DNA of 64,000 nt from Turneriella sp. (GTDB taxonomy: Bacteria > Spirochaetota > Leptospiria > Turneriellales > Turneriellaceae), in NCBI GenBank assembly GCA_965279515.1, contig CBDIID010000003.1:1760001-1824000 (forward strand), read 5' to 3'. Positions 49,334 through 57,888 of this stretch are shown piece after piece; positions within the stretch are counted from its first letter, which is position 1, and each line of letters starts with the position of its first letter. Position numbers and translations under genes: made by a program. The notes beneath the pieces were generated by a model. That model was not told the DNA's origin. It searched no databases and saw nothing but the letters and a program-made list of their open reading frames with translations.

Positions 49334-50068
49334 GTGGAGCCAGTGATTGGCCTGAATGAACAGGTGGCAAAAGCTCTCCAGGACCTGAAAGACCGGTTCT
49401 GTGAGACACTCGGTCCCGATCTTGTCTCACTGGTGCTCTTCGGCAGCGCCGCCGAAGGCAGGTTGCGGCTAACATCCGACGTAAATCTTATTGTTGTAGT
49501 CAGTGATTTCAGGTCTGAACGCTTCGAACCTTTACAGCCCCATATTCTGGCAGCCGAATCTTCCATCGCGCTACGGTTGATGATTTTAAGGGAAGAAGAA
49601 ATATCCCCGGCGGCAGAGCTTTTCTCGGTCAAATTTCAGGATATTCTGCACAGGCACCGCCTGCTTTTCGGTAAAGATGTTTTTGCCGGACTCAAGGTTC
49701 CGCGTGATGCGCTCTTAAACCGTGCGCGGCAGACCCTCCTCAACCAGATGATCCGGCTACGAACTCTTTCTATCACTCGTATCGCCCATAGCGAACAATT
49801 GGTACCACTCATCGCAGATACGGCCGGTCCGCTACGCGCGTCAGCGGCAACGCTTTGCGAGCTCCGTGGAGAAGCGGTTACCGGTGGCAAGGCCGCCCTC
49901 GAAAAAATTATGGCTGAGATTTTAGGCTCCGAAGGCACTGCGCTGGCGAGCAGGATATCTTATGCACGCGAATATGGCATCTTATCTTTTCAGGAAGCGA
50001 AAGAGGTTCTGAACGAACTATCGCGGGTCATCGAGGCCATGTACCGCGAAGCGCAGCATATGCGATGA
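49334..50068 (+). CDS. Nucleotidyltransferase-domain protein
   Basis: LFGSAA...SDVN Pol-beta-type motif followed by a helical C-domain; start uncertain. Confidence 0.75.
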   Translation: MEPVIGLNEQVAKALQDLKDRFCETLGPDLVSLVLFGSAAEGRLRLTSDVNLIVVVSDFRSERFEPLQPHILAAESSIALRLMILREEEISPAAELFSVKFQDILHRHRLLFGKDVFAGLKVPRDALLNRARQTLLNQMIRLRTLSITRIAHSEQLVPLIADTAGPLRASAATLCELRGEAVTGGKAALEKIMAEILGSEGTALASRISYAREYGILSFQEAKEVLNELSRVIEAMYREAQHMR

Positions 50069-51030
50069 ATGTCTTCGATTGGAACGGCCCCGACTTTCTG
50101 ATTTTCTATGCTAGCCTAGGCGGCCTTTGCTGCGTGCTCATTTCTTTTTGGCGGCGGTTTGCTGAATATAGCCCAATTCCCAAAATCGACTTAAAAGACC
50201 CTTACCTGATCGCCTACCTGTCCGGCGGCCCGTCGCTTTGCCTGCAGGCAGTAGTCATGTCACTGGTCGACCGTGGTTTAATGGAATCCAGAAGCAATAC
50301 GGTCGTCACAAAGAAAAACCAGGCTCTGGACCTCGCGTTGCCGGAAATCGAACGAGCTTTGCTGAATTATTTTTCTACGGTCCGCAGCACCAAAGAGCTA
50401 GAGACCAACGACGGTTTGCGCCGAAATGCAGAAGCTTATGGCAAAAAGCTGAGAGCCTTACGCTTGTTGCCTGACGAAAAAATCACACGCAACAGAAATA
50501 GGATGCTCAACGCGCTCATGGGTATATTCCTTATCATTGGTTTCATAAAGCTGGGTATCGCGATGGGGCGCGGCAGACACAATGTTTTTTTCTTGATCAT
50601 CATCGGTTTCATATTCTCGTTCGGAATGGTCAAATTATTTGATCCGCGCCTTACAGTGCTCGGCAAAAAAGTCCTGTCCGATTTCAAAGATATGTTTTAC
50701 ACGCTTTATCTCAAGCGGAAATATCTGAAAACTCTCGGTACGAGCATGGACCTGGCTTGGCTTGTGGCACTCTATGGAATGGACTCCGTCCCACTCGGAG
50801 TTTATCCGTTTGCGGGACATATTTTTTATGAATTTAAGCCGATGCAGCAGAGAGTCAACTATCTTTCATACATAGGTAATAGTGGCAAACGCAGCTCTTC
50901 GGATAAATCATCTCGGAACTCATCAAATTGTTCGTCATGCGGATCTTCCGGCATTACATCCTGTGGTTCATCGGGCGGGTCATCTTGCGGCGGAGGCTGC
51001 GGTGGCGGGTGTGGTGGCTGCGGCAGTTGA
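50065..51030 (+). CDS. TIGR04222-like membrane protein with Cys/Gly/Ser-rich C-terminal tail
   Basis: GPDFLIFY, DPYLIAYLSGG, 3 TM helices, tail CSSCGSSGITSCGSSGGSSCGGGCGGGCGGCGS. Confidence 0.82.
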   Translation: MNVFDWNGPDFLIFYASLGGLCCVLISFWRRFAEYSPIPKIDLKDPYLIAYLSGGPSLCLQAVVMSLVDRGLMESRSNTVVTKKNQALDLALPEIERALLNYFSTVRSTKELETNDGLRRNAEAYGKKLRALRLLPDEKITRNRNRMLNALMGIFLIIGFIKLGIAMGRGRHNVFFLIIIGFIFSFGMVKLFDPRLTVLGKKVLSDFKDMFYTLYLKRKYLKTLGTSMDLAWLVALYGMDSVPLGVYPFAGHIFYEFKPMQQRVNYLSYIGNSGKRSSSDKSSRNSSNCSSCGSSGITSCGSSGGSSCGGGCGGGCGGCGS

Positions 51031-51862
51031 CATACAAGATAAAGTGGGTCTCGGTTGGCGACCTGAGATCGGCCTGGATATACTAAAGCACGCCGATCAG
51101 ATCGACCTCGTCGAAGTGATCGCCGATGATTTTTTCACAAAACCCAAAGCATTGCTGACGCTTAAGGCACAGCTGCCCATCGCCCTGCACGGGGTAACAA
51201 TGGGTCCGGCTTCGACATTTCCCGTAGAGAAAAAACGCATCGAGAATCTCGCACGCCTCGTGGATAAAGTAGAACCCGTTTTCTGGTCAGAGCACCTCGC
51301 CTTCGTACGAGCGGGTAAAATTGAAATCGGCCATCTCGCCGCCCCCCCGCGCAACGAGACAACTGTCGAAGGCACATGTCGAAACCTCGCGCAGATGCGG
51401 CGTATCATCGGCTCCATAGGGCTGCTGGAAAATGTGGCAAGCCTGATCGAACCACCTGCCAGCGATCTCAAGGAAGACGAATTCATTTCTGCTATTCTCG
51501 GGTCTTCCGATGGCATGCTGCTGCTGGATCTCCACAATCTTTATGCAAACTCGGTTAATTTCGGCTTCGATCCCTTCGTTTTTCTCGAGAAGATTTCGCA
51601 TGAAAAAATCGCGGCGATTCACCTTTCGGGGGGCCGAGTCCTACCCAACGGCAAAATCCTCGACGATCACATACACGACGTTCCCGATATTGTCTTCGCT
51701 CTTCTCGAAAAAACTGCTTCGCTCAAAAGAACACCGCTTACCGTCATCATCGAACGCGATGGTCGATATCCGAAGTTTACGGATTTATTGGCTCAAATCG
51801 GACGGGCGCGCCAGGCTCTACAGGCCGGGAGGGAGCAACTTGCGCACAACGCAGCAGTTTGA
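51002..51862 (+). CDS. DUF692 family multinuclear non-heme iron oxidative enzyme (MNIO)
   Basis: VGLGWR, LHG, SEHL, LENV, LDLHNL, IHLSGG, DDH, IERD; in-frame GTG at 51002 (GGAGG 5 nt upstream), 51011 or 51014. Confidence 0.9.
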   Translation: MAGVVAAAVDIQDKVGLGWRPEIGLDILKHADQIDLVEVIADDFFTKPKALLTLKAQLPIALHGVTMGPASTFPVEKKRIENLARLVDKVEPVFWSEHLAFVRAGKIEIGHLAAPPRNETTVEGTCRNLAQMRRIIGSIGLLENVASLIEPPASDLKEDEFISAILGSSDGMLLLDLHNLYANSVNFGFDPFVFLEKISHEKIAAIHLSGGRVLPNGKILDDHIHDVPDIVFALLEKTASLKRTPLTVIIERDGRYPKFTDLLAQIGRARQALQAGREQLAHNAAV

Positions 51863-52058
51863 ACTTTTTTTAGCACAGCTTTACACCGACGAGACCCTGC
51901 TCGCGCGATTTGTCATGAATCCGGCAGCAGAACTGGAAAGAACGGAGCTAAATCCCGTCGAAATCGCAGCATTAATGAAAGTCAATGCTGCGGATTTACA
52001 AGGCGCCGCGCAAAGCTTTCAAGCTAAAAGAAAAAAACGGGGCGGGCACCACATCTAG
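51840..52058 (+). CDS. Small putative MNIO partner protein (72 aa)
   Basis: GGAG then TTG start overlapping the MNIO end; FELFLAQLYTD...RF..NP...A.SF..KR. Confidence 0.65.
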   Translation: MRTTQQFELFLAQLYTDETLLARFVMNPAAELERTELNPVEIAALMKVNAADLQGAAQSFQAKRKKRGGHHI

Positions 52059-52062
52059 CGCC

Positions 52063-54141
52063 TCAGCTTTTTTTCGCTGGCAGGGTTCGCATCACCCGTA
52101 AGAGCTCTTTCTCGAGGTAGGGCACGAGCGTCGTGACAAAGGTTTCGGTCAAATGGTGGGCATCGCGGTAAACCACGACATTGCCGATGATCGGCGGGCA
52201 TTGATCTTTGGTGCACATATACTCAGTCAGGTTAATAGTACCGACACCCGGAAACCCCTGCGCCGCAGTGACCAGGTTATCGCTCTGGCCGTCGAGGGTG
52301 ATATAGCGGGATTTCCAGCAGTGCGGCGATGCGACCCCGTTCCACATTAAACACTTCGGAATCTCTATCCAGCCGCCCTTCACATTGGTGAGCATGACCG
52401 GGTTGTCAGCCATGACAATGATGCGCGAACCATTCGCCTGTAGGCGGCGGAAAGTCTCGCGGTAACCTTCGATCTGTTTCTCGGCCGCGGGAAAACCGCC
52501 GTAGACACCCGTGCGGCCACCCGTGGAGACAACGTAGTCGGGTTTAGTCTCTGCTAGCCATTTATGAAAACGCATGCGAAAGCCGTCGCAGTCGCCGCGG
52601 TAACCGAACTCCGATGACCAGGTCGGAAACTCGCCGATCGTGCAGGCGATCTTTACCATCATCAAAAGCTTCCACTTCTGGCGTTTCGCGATAATGTCAA
52701 AGGCGGGGCCATACGACATGGTATGCGAGTCGCCGATGAGCGCCACGGTTACCTTGCCGTTTGGGTCTCCCAGCTCGCAGCGCTTACCCAGATTCATGCA
52801 CTCGAAGAAGCGATACCTGGTATCGCGCTCGGCGATGCGCAGGTTGGGTTTTAAGGGCACACCTTCAGGCACCGGTGCGGGATTCACTTTGTCGAGAGCT
52901 GCGGCGCCGGGATAACGCGGGTCTTTACCGTAGCTCTTTTCATTTTCTGCCTCGAGAATTTTCTGGCTACGCTCTTCTAAGACACGCACCGTCAGCGAGG
53001 CAACGGCGGAAAAAACCAACATCGCAAAAACCGTGGTGAATGCGCCACGGATAAACTGGCGGCGCGTGAGCTCGGGTGCCCGGAAACTGAAGCGGCCGTG
53101 GCGGAAGGGATCTTCGACAAGATATTTACTCAGCACAGCGAGCACGACGGTGGCAGCGATAATGATCGCCGGATCGTAAGGACGCGCGAAATCCTCACCG
53201 AAGGGTTTGAAGAAGACAATCAGCGGCCAATGCCAGAGGTAGAGTGAGTACGAAATATCACCGATATACTGCATCGGTTTGAGCGCGAGAATACGGTATG
53301 GAGAAAATGGCGCATCACCAGACAGAATGAGAAGAGCCGTACCCACGGTTGGAATCAAAGCCACCCAACCCGGAAAACGCATCTTCTCATTGATGAGAGC
53401 AATGGCCGCGATCACAGCCGCGAGCCCAATCCAGCCCATCGCGGTGCGTAAGCCTGGCGCGAGATTAATTTTTGTCGAGGCTACTGCAATGAATGCACCG
53501 AGGGCGAGTTCCCATGCGCGCGTGACGGTCGTGAAATATTCGGTGCCGGCCCAGCGCTGCGGCACGAGCGAACAATAAAGAGAAAAGCCGAAAATCGCCA
53601 CAATCAAAACGCCGGCATAGACGCGCACAGAGCCGCGGCCGAGCCGGCCAAAGAAGCCGGCGAGCGCGAGTAGTGGCGGCCAGATGACATAGAACTGTTC
53701 TTCGATCGAAAGCGACCAGTAGTGCTGCACGGGTGAGGGCGCGACGCCCTGTGCCCAGTAGTCGACAGCCTGCGCCACGAGCGCCCAGTTTTCGAGATAG
53801 AGCGCTGAGGCCATGATGTGGTGTGCCGACCCCACCCATTCGGTGCGCGCGAGAAAAAGCAAAGTGCCCACGAGCGCCACGAGAAGCACGAGCGTTGCGG
53901 CGGGCAATAGGCGGAGCATCCGCCTGCCCCAAAAACGCAAAAGGTCGAGCCTGCCCTCTTGCTCGATTTCACCGACGATGAGGCTGGTGATCAAATAACC
54001 CGAGATAACAAAGAACACGTCGACGCCGACAAAGCCGCCCTTGAAGATTTTTGGCCAAACATGGAAGATGAGAACGGCGACGACGGCGATCGCGCGCAGG
54101 CCCTGTAAATCGGGGCGAAAACTCAGACGGGCAACAGACAT
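52063..54141 (-). CDS. Acyltransferase-3/SGNH fusion (OafA/OatA-like O-acetyltransferase)
   Basis: GLRAIAV, GGFVGVDVFFVISG, WSLSIEEQFY, SYSLYLWHWP; SGNH motifs GDSH and DAHH. Confidence 0.92.
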   Translation of the reverse strand: MSVARLSFRPDLQGLRAIAVVAVLIFHVWPKIFKGGFVGVDVFFVISGYLITSLIVGEIEQEGRLDLLRFWGRRMLRLLPAATLVLLVALVGTLLFLARTEWVGSAHHIMASALYLENWALVAQAVDYWAQGVAPSPVQHYWSLSIEEQFYVIWPPLLALAGFFGRLGRGSVRVYAGVLIVAIFGFSLYCSLVPQRWAGTEYFTTVTRAWELALGAFIAVASTKINLAPGLRTAMGWIGLAAVIAAIALINEKMRFPGWVALIPTVGTALLILSGDAPFSPYRILALKPMQYIGDISYSLYLWHWPLIVFFKPFGEDFARPYDPAIIIAATVVLAVLSKYLVEDPFRHGRFSFRAPELTRRQFIRGAFTTVFAMLVFSAVASLTVRVLEERSQKILEAENEKSYGKDPRYPGAAALDKVNPAPVPEGVPLKPNLRIAERDTRYRFFECMNLGKRCELGDPNGKVTVALIGDSHTMSYGPAFDIIAKRQKWKLLMMVKIACTIGEFPTWSSEFGYRGDCDGFRMRFHKWLAETKPDYVVSTGGRTGVYGGFPAAEKQIEGYRETFRRLQANGSRIIVMADNPVMLTNVKGGWIEIPKCLMWNGVASPHCWKSRYITLDGQSDNLVTAAQGFPGVGTINLTEYMCTKDQCPPIIGNVVVYRDAHHLTETFVTTLVPYLEKELLRVMRTLPAKKS

Positions 54142-54221
54142 TGAGGGTTAAGCGAGGCCGCTTGTTCAAGCGTAAACTCTGTTTCCGGCGGATGGCTCCC
54201 GGCAGCGAGTTCTGGTTAAAT

Positions 54222-54287
54222 TATTCAACTAATTAGTTTAATAGTTGACGGACCATGGGCGCCAGTTTATTCAACCACATGGTTGAA
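54222..54287 (+). promoter_or_regulatory. Promoter with two ArsR-type palindromic operators
   Basis: tattcaactaa/ttagtttaata at 54222-54243; ttcaacca-ca-tggttgaa at 54270-54287; TTGACG-17 nt-TATTCA. Confidence 0.7.
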
Positions 54288-54659
54288 CTAAATAAAGCCC
54301 AGCAAAATCTCGACCTGGTCTTTGCCGCGCTGGCCGACCATTCGCGCCGGCAGATGCTTGTGCAGCTGCGCCAGAAGAGTCTCAGCATCTCTGAGCTGGC
54401 AGCGCCTTTCAAGATGTCTTTCGCCGGCGTAGCGAAACATGTCGAAGTGCTGAGTACAGCTGGCCTCGTACGCAAGGTGCGCGCGGCCGACGATGGCCGC
54501 AGTTACCGCATCGAACTGCAGAACAGCACCTTAAACGAGGCATCCGACTGGATCACCTACCACAAGCAGTTCTGGATGAACAAACTGGATCAATTAGAAG
54601 CATTCATTGAGGAGGAAAACAATGGAAACAGAAGTTCTAAAAGTAGAAAAAAAAATTAA
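54279..54659 (+). CDS. ArsR/SmtB family transcriptional regulator
   Basis: VFAALADHSRR, ISELAAPF.MS...KH..VL..AGLV; start 54279 preferred over 54255. Confidence 0.9.
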   Translation: MVELNKAQQNLDLVFAALADHSRRQMLVQLRQKSLSISELAAPFKMSFAGVAKHVEVLSTAGLVRKVRAADDGRSYRIELQNSTLNEASDWITYHKQFWMNKLDQLEAFIEEENNGNRSSKSRKKN

Positions 54660-55539
54660 CGCAGAGCCCGCGCGGCTCTTTCGCGCCTGGACCACGGCGA
54701 AGGATTTTTCGCGCTGGTTTTTGCCGGGCGCGCCGGTGAGTATCGGCGCCGTAACGCTCGATGCGCGCCCGGGTGGGCGTTTTCGTATCGACATGGTAGT
54801 CGACGGCGTCTTGCGCCCGCACGAGGGCGAGTACCAGGTCGTCGAGGAAGCGAAAAAGCTCGTCTTCACCTGGCGCTCGTTCATGACCGAAGGCCGCGAC
54901 TCGCTCGTCACCATTGACTTCGCTGCCGAAGGGAGCGGCACGCTCCTGACTCTCATCCATGAAAAACTGCCGGGCGACGCGGCGACGATTCAGGCGCACC
55001 GTGAAGGCTGGACGAGTATCCTGGGCGGCCTCGACGCATACATTACCACAGCGTTAACAAACAAAAAACAAGGGGAACAAATGAAAAATAACACAACAAC
55101 GGAAGTTGAGGATTTTACAATGGTACTGTCCACGGACAAAAGCGCGGAGGAAGTCTTCGATGCGGTCACGAACGTACGCGGCTGGTGGTCAGCGAAACTC
55201 AAGGGAAATTCAAAAAAGCAAGGCGATGAATTTGAATTCCAGTATGAGGACATGCATTATTCGACGCAGAAACTCATCGAGGTGATACCCAACAAAAAAG
55301 TCGTCTGGCTCGTCACTGACAGCCGCCTCACCTTTCTCAAAAAAGATCAGGATGAATGGACGGGTACCAAAGTCAGCTTTGAAATCAGCGCAAAGGGTAA
55401 AAAAACCGAAGTGCGGTTCACGCATTTCGGCCTCGTACCTGAAATCGAATGTTTCGAAGCGTGCTCCGAAGGCTGGACCCACTATCTGAAAAACAGCCTG
55501 CTGAAGCTCATCAACACAGGCAAAGGCAAGCCGGACTAA
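54622..55539 (+). CDS. Tandem SRPBCC (AHSA1-like) domain protein
   Basis: Two domains ending HREGWTSIL and CSEGWTHYL; GAGGA upstream of ATG 54622. Confidence 0.85.
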   Translation: METEVLKVEKKINAEPARLFRAWTTAKDFSRWFLPGAPVSIGAVTLDARPGGRFRIDMVVDGVLRPHEGEYQVVEEAKKLVFTWRSFMTEGRDSLVTIDFAAEGSGTLLTLIHEKLPGDAATIQAHREGWTSILGGLDAYITTALTNKKQGEQMKNNTTTEVEDFTMVLSTDKSAEEVFDAVTNVRGWWSAKLKGNSKKQGDEFEFQYEDMHYSTQKLIEVIPNKKVVWLVTDSRLTFLKKDQDEWTGTKVSFEISAKGKKTEVRFTHFGLVPEIECFEACSEGWTHYLKNSLLKLINTGKGKPD

Positions 55540-55555
55540 GAGAGAGGGCCAGGCT

Positions 55556-55598
55556 CGCCCCTAACCCCGGCCCTTCCCCCAAGTCTGGGGGAAGGGAG
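55556..55598 (+). repeat. GC-rich hairpin repeat between convergent genes
   Basis: ccctaacccc then cccttccccca-agtc-tgggggaaggg; related to 56705-56750 and 57656-57762. Confidence 0.7.
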
Positions 55599-55599
55599 C

Positions 55600-56124
55600 C
55601 TACAAATGAAATCCCAAACCAAAACTCAGGCGGATTTCACTCATACTCACCGCGCCGACCGTCGGATACAGCAATTCACCATACACGTACCGGATATTAA
55701 TCGTGAAGTGAAACAACGCTTCGGAAAAATAATGCACGCCGGCAAAGGGCGAAAACACAGGCATCAATCGCAGGCTCGAATATGCCGGGCTGTCCATCTG
55801 CGCGAGGCCGAAGCCCGGCTGGAATCCCACATAGGGCGAAAGCTGCCAGAGCTTATCGAAGTTATAGACAATACCGAGAAAACCCTGGTAGTTCTGTTTT
55901 AATCCGCCGGCATCGCCCTTGCCCAATAGCACAAAGCCGTCGGACCGGAGCGAAATTTTCCCCGATGGATAAATCTCGAACTCGCCACCAAGACCGTAGG
56001 TTGTGGTTTTTTGCGCGGTGAGATAGCCCGGCGTGAATGTCAGCAGCGCGCGGACTGTTGCGGGTTTTGTTTCTGCTGCAAGGGCCGTTACCGCCAGAAG
56101 CAGAATTACAAAATATCTTACCAT
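55600..56124 (-). CDS. Putative outer-membrane beta-barrel protein
   Basis: Signal peptide; alternating hydrophobic strands; C-terminal LSFGLGFHL. Confidence 0.65.
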   Translation of the reverse strand: MVRYFVILLLAVTALAAETKPATVRALLTFTPGYLTAQKTTTYGLGGEFEIYPSGKISLRSDGFVLLGKGDAGGLKQNYQGFLGIVYNFDKLWQLSPYVGFQPGFGLAQMDSPAYSSLRLMPVFSPFAGVHYFSEALFHFTINIRYVYGELLYPTVGAVSMSEIRLSFGLGFHL

Positions 56125-56765
56125 ATGTTCCCCACGCGGTAATTGAGGCTGAATGTGAAAAGCAGGTGGCCTTCGAAGGAATGATCTGCTTTGCTGATTG
56201 TCAGAACGTTGTTGTCGATCGACGTGTGTAAATCTTTGCCCAGGTGCAGCATATACTGCGCCGAAAGCGAAAGATTGAAACGATCGCTGAGATGATAGTG
56301 TGTACCGAGCCCCGCCTGCACAGCAGAACTGAAACGCTCTTCGCCGCTATTATCCGAATAACGCGCGACGCGTGTGTAGTCGAAACAGTGGCCGGCAATG
56401 AGATAGGGAGTGAATGCCTGCGGCGTGTAGGGATTCGCAAACGGATAAAAGAGCACCGACCAGCCAACGTGCGCATCCTGGCGATAGCCCTGCGAACCGA
56501 TATCGGCGGTGATATAGTCGGCAAACCATTCCGTGCCCAAAGATTCAAGCAAGCGAATCCGGAACTGCCCGCCGGTGCCGTAGCTGGTACTCGCATGATC
56601 GCCGAAAAAACTCGCGCTGGTACGCGCGCCGAGCTCGAATTGGCCGGCGGGTTTCTCTTCGGCGAAGAGACTAACGTTCATGAGAAGCATGCACCCGAGC
56701 AGTAGCCCAACCCCACCCCACTGACGTGGAGAGGCGGTTAGGGGGTGGGGCCTAGTAGAAGTCAA
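56118..56765 (-). CDS. Putative outer-membrane beta-barrel protein
   Basis: FTPYLIAG, VQAGLGTHY, FTFSLNY; start TTG 56765 or ATG 56690. Confidence 0.65.
   Translation of the reverse strand: MTSTRPHPLTASPRQWGGVGLLLGCMLLMNVSLFAEEKPAGQFELGARTSASFFGDHASTSYGTGGQFRIRLLESLGTEWFADYITADIGSQGYRQDAHVGWSVLFYPFANPYTPQAFTPYLIAGHCFDYTRVARYSDNSGEERFSSAVQAGLGTHYHLSDRFNLSLSAQYMLHLGKDLHTSIDNNVLTISKADHSFEGHLLFTFSLNYRVGNIW
56705..56750 (-). repeat. GC-rich repeat in the 5' end of the middle OMP gene
   Basis: Minus strand ccccaccccctaaccgcctctccacgtcagtggggtggggttgggc. Confidence 0.65.
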
Positions 56766-57771
56766 ACCAGATTCCTATGATCGCCTGCGCGTAGGGACCA
56801 GTGAGCGGTGTTTTGGGCCCGCCGCTGACCGGAACGAAATCATTGATACCACCCATCGCCCAATTGGATTGTGCAAATGCCACATCGTAACCAGCCTTAG
56901 CACCGAGCGCCAGACCGAAAACTCCTTTATCTGTGGTGAGTACAGGCAGACGGTATGTGACCTGCACACCGCCGGTCATAAGAAACGAGAGTGAACTGAG
57001 CACCGCTCCACGCTGACCTGTGGAGACGATATTTCCGAAACTGTCGCCCATTGTGTTTGTCATGATGAGATTGTAACCAGCGAGACCACCACCGATATAG
57101 GGGAAGACATCCAAGCGATCGCTGGTATAAATCAGATAACCCAGTATGCCTAAACCGCGGAAGGCGGAGAAAGAATTGCGTATCGAATTACCGCCGACAT
57201 TCGCCTCGCGCCCCGCGCCCCAAAGCCAGGTGCCCTCGAGCCCCAGCACAACGCGGCTGATTGTCACTTGCGCCACGCCGCCCAGGGTGAAAAAATTTTC
57301 CGGTACAGCCTGGTAGCCGCGCGGCGTCAGTGTATCATTGAGATCGGTCAGTGAAAGTTTTTGCCAACCGAGGGTCACTCCACCGGTAAAATTGCGTAAT
57401 GTGAGAACGTTGAAGAGCGTAATGCCGGGCGTGCCCTGCGCGGGCTTTCCCGAGACCGCCGCGGCCCGCGCGGCGCCGGAATCATAGACCACCTCGCTGA
57501 TTTCGGATCGCTTGATCTTTTTCAGCGCATCGCCTTTGCCGGAGAGAATGACATATTCAGGGTTATCGGACTCGATTTTACCTTCTTCAAACGTGTTGTT
57601 TTTGAGGAGGACTTTGTCGGGGAAAAGTGAAGTTGAAAATATGAATAGGGCCAAACCCCACCCCGACGCAAGAGCGCCGACCCGCCCCACTGCGGGGAGA
57701 GGATGTTTTGGGATTTCTTTTTCCCCCTCTCCACATCGTGGGGAGGGGGTTAGGGGGTGGGGTGTATTCAT
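56752..57771 (-). CDS. Putative outer-membrane protein (small N-domain plus beta-barrel)
   Basis: DKVLLKN..EGKI domain; beta-strands; C-terminal IGIWFDFY; ATG 57771 just downstream of the promoter motif. Confidence 0.65.
   Translation of the reverse strand: MNTPHPLTPSPRCGEGEKEIPKHPLPAVGRVGALASGWGLALFIFSTSLFPDKVLLKNNTFEEGKIESDNPEYVILSGKGDALKKIKRSEISEVVYDSGAARAAAVSGKPAQGTPGITLFNVLTLRNFTGGVTLGWQKLSLTDLNDTLTPRGYQAVPENFFTLGGVAQVTISRVVLGLEGTWLWGAGREANVGGNSIRNSFSAFRGLGILGYLIYTSDRLDVFPYIGGGLAGYNLIMTNTMGDSFGNIVSTGQRGAVLSSLSFLMTGGVQVTYRLPVLTTDKGVFGLALGAKAGYDVAFAQSNWAMGGINDFVPVSGGPKTPLTGPYAQAIIGIWFDFY
57656..57762. repeat. Two oppositely oriented GC-rich repeat units inside the gene 5' end
   Basis: ccccacccc...ggggagagg at 57656-57702; ccccctctccacatcgtggggagggggttagggggtgggg at 57723-57762. 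Confidence 0.7.
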
Positions 57772-57776
57772 ACCTG

Positions 57777-57810
57777 TATCGTGACACCAAATTGCAAAAA
57801 CCGTCAGATT
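57777..57810 (-). promoter_or_regulatory. Putative ECF-dependent promoter, copy 1
   Basis: aatctgacgg-N14-tgtcacgata, identical in boxes and spacing to 61690-61723. Confidence 0.75.
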
Positions 57811-57828
57811 TTCGAAAAAAATACTCCT

Positions 57829-57843
57829 GTAAGGTTCCGTTAA
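57829..57843 (+). promoter_or_regulatory. CpxR-like direct-repeat box upstream of the spy/cpxP-like gene
   Basis: GTAAG-N5-GTTAA, compared with consensus GTAAA-N5-GTAAA. Confidence 0.45.
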
Positions 57844-57888
57844 CAATCACCCGGTAGATTGCTATCAATAGTTCTTTAGGAGGACACA

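Noticed and set aside
50882..51001. Longer MNIO N-terminus from the ORF track
   Set aside because: Alternate-frame read of the Cys-tail codons; the family motif starts at VGLGWR.
51510..51839. 5' part of the 182-aa ORF with a CCC motif as a possible MNIO precursor
   Set aside because: It lies wholly within the MNIO gene in another frame; the plausible start with an RBS is TTG 51840.
55556..57762. GC-rich repeats as a CRISPR array or IS ends
   Set aside because: Irregular spacing, degenerate copies, and no cas or transposase gene in the window.
57772..57846. Upstream extension of the OMP ORF to 57846
   Set aside because: It runs through the promoter motif shared with the ECF gene; ATG 57771 is preferred.
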